A stretch of 36,968 nucleotides of DNA from Candidatus Marsarchaeota archaeon (GTDB taxonomy: Archaea; Micrarchaeota; Micrarchaeia; Micrarchaeales; Micrarchaeaceae): assembly GCA_023474155.1 (NCBI GenBank), contig JAMCYJ010000023.1:1-36968 (forward strand), read 5' to 3'. Made by a program: the position numbers and the translations under genes. Position 1 is the first letter of the stretch. Every line of letters starts with the position of its first letter. Below the pieces are notes generated by a model. It saw only the letters and a program-made list of their open reading frames with translations, had not been told where the DNA came from and ran no database searches. This document shows positions 24,971 to 32,747 of the stretch, piece after piece.

Positions 24971-27220
24971 TCAGTCGCAGAGGCTGAACCCGCACTTCGG
25001 GCACGTGAAGCAGCCTTCGCCCGCGATCATTCCTGTTCCGCATTCAGGGCACTGCTTCTCGTTCGCAGCTGAAATCACGTATGTGGCCGCGTCGAAGTTG
25101 GTGATGCCCGTCTTGCCTCCATGCCTTTCTTTCAGGCTTTTCAAGGTTGTCTGGTTCTGCTCGTTTACCATGTTAAGCACCTGATTTGATTTGCTTTGGT
25201 CCCTGTATACTGTTATGCCTTTGCACCCGAGTTCATATGCGAGTTTGTACGCGTTTTCAATGTCCTGGGGGGTTGCGCGGCTCGGGAAATTTATCGTTTT
25301 TGAAACCGCATTGTCAACATGCCTCTGGAATGCGGCCTGCATTTTTACATGCCACTCCGGCGCGATGTCGTGCGCGGTCACGAAAAGCTTTCTTATTTTT
25401 TCAGGAATCTCATTGACATCCTGTATCGATATTTTCCCTGCAAGTTTCTTCATGAGGTCGTCCGAGTAAAAATTATTCTCAAGCGCGTATCTCTCGAATT
25501 CGTTATTGACTTCTATAAGATTCGAGCCGAGCGACTCCGCGACGTTCCTTAAGTAGACTACGGAGAATATAGGCTCTATGCCCTGCGATACCCCGTTCGA
25601 GATTATGCTTATCGTCCCTGTCGGCGCTATTGTTGTGACTGTGGAGTTCCTGAGAGGCTTATATCCTAGCTTGTGCCATATGCTGTTTTTGAATTCGGGG
25701 AACGCCCCGCGCTCCTCCGCAAGCTCGTGGCTCATCTGGCGCGCGTTGTTAGTTATGAATGACATCACATTCTCGGCAAGCGCAAGCGCCTCGTTGCTGT
25801 CGTATCTTATGCCAAGCTTTATCAGCATGTCTGCCCAGCCCATGACGCCTATGCCTATCCTCCTTATAGAGCGAGTCATCTCCTCTATTTCTTTGATGGG
25901 ATACGTGTTTGCGTCAATTACGTCGTCGAGGAACCTTATTCCCAGACGCGTAATGCGTCTCAGCTCGTCCCAGTCCACCTCGAAATGGCTGTTCATGGGC
26001 TTTAGCATATTCGCAAGGTTTATCGAGCCTAGGTTGCAGGAGTCGTACGCATACAGCGGCTGCTCGCCGCACGGATTGGTAGATTCAATAGGCCCGAGCC
26101 TAGGCACAGGGTTTGAATAGCTCGAGTTTATCCTGTCTATAAACACCAGGCCGGGGTCGCCGGTCTTCCATGCCATCGTCACGACGAGGTTCCAGACCGC
26201 CCTTGCATTGAGTTTGCCGACCGCCTTGCCGTTTCTCGGATTTATTAAGTCGTACTGCCTGTTTGCGCTGAGCGCGTTCATGAATTCCTTTGTCACGGCG
26301 ATAGAGAGATTGAAGTTCCTGAGCGTGTTTTCATTCTCCTTTGCCACAATGAAGTTGAGTATATCCGGGTGGTCTATGCGGAGTATTCCCATGTTGGCGC
26401 CCCTGCGCTTTCCGCCTTGTTTGATCTGCTCTGTCGCGGAATCAAATATCTTCATGAATGAGATCGGGCCAGAAGCAACGCCGCCGGTCGTATTCACGGT
26501 GTCGTTTGACGGTCTGAGCCTTGAAAATGAGAATCCTGTGCCTCCCCCGCTTTTATGCACTACCGCGGCGTACTTGACCGCATCAAATATCCCGTTTATC
26601 GAGTCTGCAATAGGGATTACAAAGCACGCGCTCAGCTGGCCAAGTTTCGTACCCGCGTTCATCAATGTCGGCGAATTTGGCATGAACTTGAAACTTGTCA
26701 TTGCGCTGTAGAATTCCCTTGAGATCTCCATTATCTGTTTATCCTCTTTGCCGTACTTCTTTTCGACTCCTGCAATCGAGTTTGAAACCCTCTCGAACAG
26801 CTGCTTCGGTGTTTCTATGATCTTGCCGTTTTCATTTTTAAGCAGGTATCTTGCAGAAAGTATTATAAGCGAGTTGATAGGCAGCTTCAGATCGTCAGAA
26901 ATTCCAAGTGAAGCCTTGAAGATCCTGACTTGCGCGTGTTTGTGCCTGTAGAGTATATATGCCTTTGCTACATTGGCGTCCTCCTCCATGAGCTCCTTTT
27001 CCACAAGGTCTTGGATCTCTTCAACATGAATCTCCTCTACTTTTAGCTTATTTATTGTTCCGGCGACTTTTTTTGCGATCGTCCCCGCAGCCATTTCATT
27101 TTTTTCTTCAGGGCTTTTTATATAAACATTAGAAAATGCGCGCATCACTGCATTCTTGATTTTGTTCTCATCAAAAGGCACCCGTTGCCCGTCTCTCTTA
27201 ATAACATTCCTGATACCCAT
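24971..27220 (-). CDS. nrdJ: Class II (adenosylcobalamin-dependent) ribonucleoside-triphosphate/diphosphate reductase with ATP-cone and C-terminal zinc ribbon
   Basis: ATP-cone VIKRDGQRVPFDENKI, active-site TNPCGEQPL, and C-terminal CPECG...CFTCPKCG. Candidate starts are ATG 27220, GTG 27229 and TTG 27232. Confidence 0.93.
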   Translation of the reverse strand: MGIRNVIKRDGQRVPFDENKIKNAVMRAFSNVYIKSPEEKNEMAAGTIAKKVAGTINKLKVEEIHVEEIQDLVEKELMEEDANVAKAYILYRHKHAQVRIFKASLGISDDLKLPINSLIILSARYLLKNENGKIIETPKQLFERVSNSIAGVEKKYGKEDKQIMEISREFYSAMTSFKFMPNSPTLMNAGTKLGQLSACFVIPIADSINGIFDAVKYAAVVHKSGGGTGFSFSRLRPSNDTVNTTGGVASGPISFMKIFDSATEQIKQGGKRRGANMGILRIDHPDILNFIVAKENENTLRNFNLSIAVTKEFMNALSANRQYDLINPRNGKAVGKLNARAVWNLVVTMAWKTGDPGLVFIDRINSSYSNPVPRLGPIESTNPCGEQPLYAYDSCNLGSINLANMLKPMNSHFEVDWDELRRITRLGIRFLDDVIDANTYPIKEIEEMTRSIRRIGIGVMGWADMLIKLGIRYDSNEALALAENVMSFITNNARQMSHELAEERGAFPEFKNSIWHKLGYKPLRNSTVTTIAPTGTISIISNGVSQGIEPIFSVVYLRNVAESLGSNLIEVNNEFERYALENNFYSDDLMKKLAGKISIQDVNEIPEKIRKLFVTAHDIAPEWHVKMQAAFQRHVDNAVSKTINFPSRATPQDIENAYKLAYELGCKGITVYRDQSKSNQVLNMVNEQNQTTLKSLKERHGGKTGITNFDAATYVISAANEKQCPECGTGMIAGEGCFTCPKCGFSLCD

Positions 27221-27372
27221 GCCATGCACCAAAAAAAAGTTGCAAGATTAATTGGCAAATACAATTTAAATAAATATTGCTTAAAAATTAAATACAAAAA
27301 TGGCCATCTGCCTCATGCTATATTTTTAAGCATTGACTTTGATAGGCATGGCGCGGCAATCCATAACAGTGC

Positions 27373-27663
27373 TCATAAATATTGCCTTAATTTATGCTTA
27401 TATCTAAATGAAAAATCAGCAATTTGTTTCATAATCCTTTTATAATTGGAGAAAACTATAAGCGCGGTGAACAGTATGATTGTGATAATTACCTCTATCG
27501 TGAGGGAATCATTGAAAAGCCCCAAAAATTGGCTCAGGTTATCTTTCTTCAATGACATTATAGTCAAAAATGCAATACTGCAGTCAAGGCCGAGAGACGA
27601 ATACGCAAGGACCTCAAGGGCTTTCTTCATCTTCTTTATATTCTGCATTTCATTGTACAGCAT
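27373..27663 (-). CDS. Hypothetical small membrane protein (doubtful)
   Basis: About 96-aa ORF with one C-terminal hydrophobic helix (IEVIITIILFTALIVF). AT-rich, with no motif. Confidence 0.3.
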   Translation of the reverse strand: MLYNEMQNIKKMKKALEVLAYSSLGLDCSIAFLTIMSLKKDNLSQFLGLFNDSLTIEVIITIILFTALIVFSNYKRIMKQIADFSFRYKHKLRQYL

Positions 27664-27829
27664 GCAACGCACCAACAAAAATTAGTAGTCTTATAAAAAG
27701 AGGCTTAAAAATCTATGCCCTATCCTGCAATTAGCGGACTTTTGGTTATTCCGTAAAAATCCGATTAAGTATAAGGCCCTATCATCAAACAAAGGTAGGG
27801 CCAAACTCTCCGAATCTCTTTATCTCTTA

Positions 27830-28060
27830 TTACAGCTCTTCTTCTGCCTTTAATTCTGCGTCCTCTATTTTTCTGATTTGTATTTCTTTTTCGTCGGAGT
27901 TTGTCTTTTCGGCTATTTTCTGCAGTGCTGCCTTGTAAACCTCTGCGGGCTTTTTCCCTCTTGCGTCAAGCTCGACCGGCTGGCGAAACACCACATCTTG
28001 TGCCTCCTTAGGGAGTTCTCTAGCCCTTGAGACAAAGGAAACGATTTTTTTTGTCATCAT
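27830..28060 (-). CDS. Hypothetical small protein with an acidic C-terminal tail
   Basis: 76 aa from the ATG at 28060, which is directly preceded by ggtgag (Shine-Dalgarno-like). Sequence MMTKKIVSFVSRARELPKEAQDVV...AELKAEEEL. The ORF-track TTG at 28087 is rejected as the start. Confidence 0.5.
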   Translation of the reverse strand: MMTKKIVSFVSRARELPKEAQDVVFRQPVELDARGKKPAEVYKAALQKIAEKTNSDEKEIQIRKIEDAELKAEEEL

Positions 28061-28199
28061 CTCACCAATTAATAATTGGTGGGGCAAGTAATATACGGGT
28101 TTTCTTTATATCCTGCCATTTGTGGAACTTTGGCAGGCAGAGCATTAAAGCCGCTGCCGTTGCTTCGCGGCTGTACCTGCAAAGCTTTCTGATACCTGT

Positions 28200-28724
28200 T
28201 TATCTAATGCCTAAATGTTCAAAAAAGTTAATCATGGGCTCATCGATTCCAGCAGCATTTTTCATTGTGACTATATTGCCTGCGATTTCGATATCCCTGT
28301 CGCTTGCAGCCCCGCGGAAAAGCAGCACAAAATTCTTCAGCTCGTTGTCGTTGTCAGGCACGGAGATCTTTTTGTTTTTTATAATGTTTGCTTTTGCAAG
28401 TATTTTTACTGAATTTCCTATGGCGATTATGTATTTATCCGCATTGTTGAACTTCAGCATAAGGTCAAGAAGCGGGCGGAACTCGTATAGCTTGTAAATC
28501 TCCAGCCCCGCGCCATCGCTTATAAAAATCCCGTCAAAGTCCAAAGGATTTATAAGATTGGCATTTATATCGGGTTTGTAAACCGCGCCATGCGCCCCAA
28601 CGCATTCCTTCGTGCTGTAGCTTGTTATTTTTGAGTCTATGTCAAACTTGTCTAAAAATAGTTTAAGCATTGAAACCGTTTCATCCTTAAACTCGTTCGG
28701 CGCAATAAAAATCAAAAATTTCAT
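28200..28724 (-). CDS. DJ-1/PfpI-family-like protein lacking the nucleophile Cys
   Basis: Overall DJ-1/PfpI layout (KFLIFIAPNEFKDETV..., DFDGIFISDGAG, KYIIAIGNSVKILAKANIIKNKKIS). The conserved AIC(H)G elbow reads AIGNS. Confidence 0.5.
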   Translation of the reverse strand: MKFLIFIAPNEFKDETVSMLKLFLDKFDIDSKITSYSTKECVGAHGAVYKPDINANLINPLDFDGIFISDGAGLEIYKLYEFRPLLDLMLKFNNADKYIIAIGNSVKILAKANIIKNKKISVPDNDNELKNFVLLFRGAASDRDIEIAGNIVTMKNAAGIDEPMINFFEHLGIR

Positions 28725-28806
28725 AGTATCCTCTTATTCGTTATCCTTATTAATGGCGGTCTAATTTTATACCTTGTTTTATTTTATGCATTTAAATTAT
28801 AAAAAC

Positions 28807-29193
28807 CTATTGCTTCCTCACAGTCGGAAATTCCAAATCGAGGTCCTCCTCGCTATCGCTTTCTGACCACGCCTTAATGTACAGCGCAAGATTTTTCAAC
28901 GGCTTTGAAAATCTGTCAGTAAGCTCGTATCCCATATCCTCGTGTTTGAGAAGCCCTATCTGTACAGCATAGTCCAAATATCTTTTTGCAGTCGTCTTTG
29001 GCAAAAACCTGACTTCATTAAGCCTAAGCTTTTTTGATTTCTTGACCTCTACCATCAATTTGGAGAATCTATACGCCTCAAGCTCGTTTTCGAATAGCAC
29101 ATTTGCAATATCCTTTATCCTCGGCTTTTTTATCCTTTCCTTTATCGGTGCATCCTCAAATTCCCAGTATTTGATGTTCATTGCCTCATCCAT
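28807..29193 (-). CDS. Hypothetical protein, possible winged-helix DNA-binding protein
   Basis: 128 aa. TTAKRYLDYAVQIGLLKHEDMGYELT looks like a wHTH recognition helix plus wing. The C-terminus is acidic. Confidence 0.5.
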   Translation of the reverse strand: MDEAMNIKYWEFEDAPIKERIKKPRIKDIANVLFENELEAYRFSKLMVEVKKSKKLRLNEVRFLPKTTAKRYLDYAVQIGLLKHEDMGYELTDRFSKPLKNLALYIKAWSESDSEEDLDLEFPTVRKQ

Positions 29194-29260
29194 TTAATTT
29201 TTCCTGCCTGCCTCAGGTATTTATTAGCGAATAATCTTTAAAAACATATCTCTTTCTGCA

Positions 29261-30358
29261 TTATTCTTTGATAAATGTCACAATGTCGCCATTGTCAAGC
29301 TTATGGTCAGTTCCTACTCTTTGATTCGCAAACTTTGCGCTTTTACCAGTCACATAGGCACATCTAAGATCATTAAATACATCGCTATGTATTTTTTTTG
29401 CGATCTCCCCAACCGTCACTCCTTTTTTGGCGATTAAAGGATTCAATTCATCGGTGCCTTTCGGCCTAAGGTAAACGTTTATAAGATTCAGATTTTCATA
29501 CAGCTCCCGTTTCAGCGCTTCTGTATTTGTTTTTTCGACTGTGCTGACAGGTACGACCTTTATGCCGTACTTCTTTGCAATTTCCCTACCTATCTGATCA
29601 TAGTTCTTTTTTAAATCTATTTTGTTGAGTATGACTATCGCATTTATGTAAAAGGCCTTTTTCGCGATATTCGCAATAAATTCATTTTCGTCGACATCGT
29701 CCATTATTGAAACACTTGCATTCTGCATCCCGAAATCAGACAGTATCATTTTGATTGTTTCGGAGCCCATGCTTGATTTGTTCGCGTGGATAATGATCCC
29801 GTTCGAATCAGTTTTTATTATCTTCAGGTCAGGCTTTTTTTTATTTATATATATGTCAAGCCCCCTCAGCTCCGTGATGAGTATGTCAAGGCTGCTTATG
29901 TTACACACGTCAACTACAAATGCGATTAAGTCAACTATTTTCAGCGCGGCTATCACCGCCCTGCCGTTTCCAACCCCTAAGTGCGCGCCTTCTATAAGCC
30001 CAGGCGTATCTATTATCTGGATCTTGGCATTATTGAAATTAAGCACACCTTGGATAATCCTTGTCGTTGTGAATGCGTAATGTGCTGTTTTCGATATGAC
30101 ATTTGTGATCAGGTTTATTAGCGAGGATTTTCCGACAGACGGAAATCCAACAAGACCAACTGTTGCATCTCCATGCTTCTTGACAAAAAAACCAGTGCCC
30201 TTTATTTTTTTATTGGATTCTATTATTTCCTTTTTTATTCCTGAAATCTTCGCTCTGAGGATGCTGAGATGCTTGTTTGTCGCTTTGTTGTACTTTGTCT
30301 TTTTGTACTCCTGTTTCAGCTCTTCAAGCTTTCCTGTCAGATAATCTTTCTGGCCCAT
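29261..30358 (-). CDS. Developmentally regulated GTP-binding protein (DRG) with TGS domain
   Basis: G1 GFPSVGKSSLIN, YAFTT, G3 DTPGLIEGA, G4 NKID, and a C-terminal TGS-like region (...LDNGDIVTFI). Confidence 0.92.
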   Translation of the reverse strand: MGQKDYLTGKLEELKQEYKKTKYNKATNKHLSILRAKISGIKKEIIESNKKIKGTGFFVKKHGDATVGLVGFPSVGKSSLINLITNVISKTAHYAFTTTRIIQGVLNFNNAKIQIIDTPGLIEGAHLGVGNGRAVIAALKIVDLIAFVVDVCNISSLDILITELRGLDIYINKKKPDLKIIKTDSNGIIIHANKSSMGSETIKMILSDFGMQNASVSIMDDVDENEFIANIAKKAFYINAIVILNKIDLKKNYDQIGREIAKKYGIKVVPVSTVEKTNTEALKRELYENLNLINVYLRPKGTDELNPLIAKKGVTVGEIAKKIHSDVFNDLRCAYVTGKSAKFANQRVGTDHKLDNGDIVTFIKE

Positions 30359-30461
30359 TAAATCATTTAGAGAAATAAAAAGCGTATATTTTAATTCAAT
30401 TAAATATCAAATCTATTTAAATATATTTAGTGATAAACTTAATTAATATATAGTGAATAAA

Positions 30462-30527
30462 ATGGCATCAAAAAAGAAAAAAGCTGCTCCAAAGAAGAAA
30501 GCAGCTAAGGGAAAAAAGAAAAAGTAA
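30462..30527 (+). CDS. Candidate 21-codon poly-lysine micro-ORF (MASKKKKAAPKKKAAKGKKKK)
   Basis: ATG 30462 to TAA 30525-30527. It sits alone on the + strand between two minus-strand genes. An AT-rich TATA-like tract lies at 30416-30452 upstream. A perfect 7-bp hairpin (30545-30562) plus T-runs lie downstream. Confidence 0.35.
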   Translation: MASKKKKAAPKKKAAKGKKKK

Positions 30528-30544
30528 AGAATGGAAAACTTTAA

Positions 30545-30590
30545 GAATGATTGATATCATTCGGCTTCTCCTTTGTTTTTATTTTATATA
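30545..30590 (+). terminator. Hairpin gaatgat-tgat-atcattc followed by T-rich runs
   Basis: Perfect 7-bp stem at 30545-30562, followed by ctcctttgtttttatttta. Lies 18 nt after the micro-ORF stop. Confidence 0.35.
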
Positions 30591-30612
30591 TATGTTTTTA
30601 TCTGGTTGAATT

Positions 30613-30954
30613 TCAAACCTTTAAAAATATAAGGATCCTCTTTATTCCATTTCCAAATTTATATCCCATAATTTTTTTTGATCCGACTACCCTATGGCAC
30701 GGAATGATTACCGGCAGAGGGTTTTTGTTTAAGGCGTTGCCAACGGTCCGCTGGCCGTTTATGCAGCCAATTCTTTTTGCCAATTGCGAGTAAGATGCCG
30801 TATCCCTACGTCTCATTTTGGCGGTTTCAATCAGCACGCTCTTTTCAAATTCTGTCAGGCTAAATAAATTCAGTGCAAATGAAACCAGTCCTAACTTTAA
30901 TACCTGTATTTTATTTGAAATAGTCAAGCACAATGCCAAAAATATCACACACAT
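30613..30954 (-). CDS. ogt: Methylated-DNA-protein-cysteine methyltransferase, C-terminal (catalytic) domain only
   Basis: TEFEKSVLIETAK...ASYSQLAKRIG...RTVGNALNKNPLPVIIPCHRVVGS contains the PCHRV active site. There is no canonical N-terminal domain. All plausible starts (30925-30954) overlap the upstream gene's 3' end. Confidence 0.8.
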   Translation of the reverse strand: MCVIFLALCLTISNKIQVLKLGLVSFALNLFSLTEFEKSVLIETAKMRRRDTASYSQLAKRIGCINGQRTVGNALNKNPLPVIIPCHRVVGSKKIMGYKFGNGIKRILIFLKV

Positions 30955-32431
30955 TTATTTTGTCAATGTTTACGGCCAGGTCTTTTTTGCTACCATTATT
31001 TATCATTCCGAATATCCCATATAGCGTATGGTCGCCGTATTTTGCAGGCTCGGGCTTCATGAAAATATTTCCTTTGGAATAGTTGAATATGTCTATAGTG
31101 TAATTGTCCCTTGCACTTATTATTAGATCAGGCGCAATAAAAAGCCTGGTTTTTTTGTAATAACTATCCCCATCAACAATATCAACAATCACTTTTTTGC
31201 CGGCCATGTCCTTCAGTTTGCCCAATTTGGCGATCATATCCTGTTTCAGCTTATGTTTTTCGCTTTCACTTTTTACGGAGGGATTTGAAAACCTCTTGTC
31301 ATTGATCCATATCACGCTAACAGGAAAATTTGATACTGACGCAAATGCCTTTGTCCGTTCCATAGCAAAGTCAAAATCGTGGATTCTTGTATAATTGCCT
31401 CCAGACACGCCTGCAAGCACATTCCCTACGATGTTCGAAATGATCCTTTTGCTGTATTTCGGCATTTTATCATATATCTTCCTTGCTTTACTTTTCAGAA
31501 TTTTTTCCCTGAGCTCGTATTTCGCTGTTTTAAGGCCCCTATCCTTTTCCTGTCCTTCGGTCTTTATAACCCCCTTCTTAAGCACGGCATAATTGTTGTT
31601 TATCAGCCATGAATTGAGCAAAAACTTGTTGTATATCGGCTGCGCGCCGTGGTCCGAGATAAGAATTATCGCGGCATCCTCGTCCTTTGAAAATTCTATT
31701 ATCCATTCTATAAAGTCAGATATCTCCTTGTAGAGAGGCGCAGCATACTCATCCCATTTTGGGTTATTGAGCGAAAAATGCTGGAGTCTATCAGTCTCTG
31801 CAAAATATATAAAGCTTAATTGGTATCCATTCTTCTTAATGAGATACTTTGAAAGCTCTGCCCTTGCGCGTATGCTTTTCGTGTATTCTGCAGATGCTTC
31901 CTTAAGTGTTATTTTTCCTGATTTTATGTCAGGCTCAATATCAGGCTCCCCAGAAAACTTGAATTTTTTAGCGGCATTCTTAAGTTCTACGGAGCTATAT
32001 TTTGGCGGAAGCGGGAATCCGCTGATCATATCGACGTTTTTCTCTTTTGATGTGCGTATTACCATTGCAGGCGTTATTACAAGGCTTTTTAGCCCTCTCT
32101 TTGAAATTACATCCCAAAATGGCGGCGTTTTTTCCGCGTCAAAGTAGATAAGCTGCTTCGTGTAATCCCTGTCCATGTAGAAGAAATCAAGCGATCCATG
32201 CTCGCCGGGTTCAAGTCCAGTGTATATGCTCGGGCATGCGGTCCCTGTCATCGGAGGGAGAGTTGACAGAAATTTGGTCAGTATTCCTTGTTTTCTGAAT
32301 TCTTCAAATCCTTTCATCCTGTATTTTTTTATAAAAATATCTATCATCCATAGCGGGGCTGCGTCTATGCCTATAATATACAGTTTTTTTTCAGACTTTT
32401 TGTTATTTACATATTTTTCTTTAATTTTCAT
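30911..32431 (-). CDS. Alkaline-phosphatase-superfamily protein (type I phosphodiesterase / nucleotide pyrophosphatase family)
   Basis: 506 aa with YIIGIDAAP, LPPMTGTACPSIYTGLEPGEHG (Thr nucleophile region) and ILISDHG. Confidence 0.82.
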   Translation of the reverse strand: MKIKEKYVNNKKSEKKLYIIGIDAAPLWMIDIFIKKYRMKGFEEFRKQGILTKFLSTLPPMTGTACPSIYTGLEPGEHGSLDFFYMDRDYTKQLIYFDAEKTPPFWDVISKRGLKSLVITPAMVIRTSKEKNVDMISGFPLPPKYSSVELKNAAKKFKFSGEPDIEPDIKSGKITLKEASAEYTKSIRARAELSKYLIKKNGYQLSFIYFAETDRLQHFSLNNPKWDEYAAPLYKEISDFIEWIIEFSKDEDAAIILISDHGAQPIYNKFLLNSWLINNNYAVLKKGVIKTEGQEKDRGLKTAKYELREKILKSKARKIYDKMPKYSKRIISNIVGNVLAGVSGGNYTRIHDFDFAMERTKAFASVSNFPVSVIWINDKRFSNPSVKSESEKHKLKQDMIAKLGKLKDMAGKKVIVDIVDGDSYYKKTRLFIAPDLIISARDNYTIDIFNYSKGNIFMKPEPAKYGDHTLYGIFGMINNGSKKDLAVNIDKINVCDIFGIVLDYFK

Positions 32432-32494
32432 GCAATCCTTTAGTTGTATATAAAATTATTATTTAATTTTAAAATTTAAATATGGTACTGAAAT

Positions 32495-32740
32495 TTACTT
32501 TTTTGCAAAAAAGAAAAATACAATCGCGATTATGAACAGAATGATGCCAAGCGCTATTGCGATGCTTGTCGCGGGCCCTGAATTTCCAAAAATTATGGGT
32601 ATTGGTCCGACCATTATGACTCCCCCGAATTGGGTATTGCTGTTCTGTTTAGCGGTAGTATTCAATACAGAATATAAGAATATAAGGATAATGCCGAGAA
32701 ACAGCAGCACAGTGCCGGTTACAAATAAAAAGGAATACAT
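32495..32740 (-). CDS. Small membrane protein (DUF131-like)
   Basis: 81 aa with two TM helices flanking GGVIMVGPIPIIFGNSG. I recall this as the archaeal DUF131/TIGR00304 motif; unverified. Confidence 0.65.
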   Translation of the reverse strand: MYSFLFVTGTVLLFLGIILIFLYSVLNTTAKQNSNTQFGGVIMVGPIPIIFGNSGPATSIAIALGIILFIIAIVFFFFAKK

Positions 32741-32747
32741 TCAATCA

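Noticed and set aside
25186-26951. Plus-strand ORFs (up to 180 aa) opposite nrdJ
   Set aside because: They are shadow ORFs antisense to a well-supported RNR gene. Their composition (Ser/Leu/Phe-rich) and lack of motifs argue against coding.
28056-28062. An AUGAUGA C-box-like heptamer on the minus strand, hinting at a C/D box sRNA
   Set aside because: It coincides with the tandem ATG start codons of the 27830-28060 ORF. No CUGA D box or terminal stem follows within the expected 50-70 nt.
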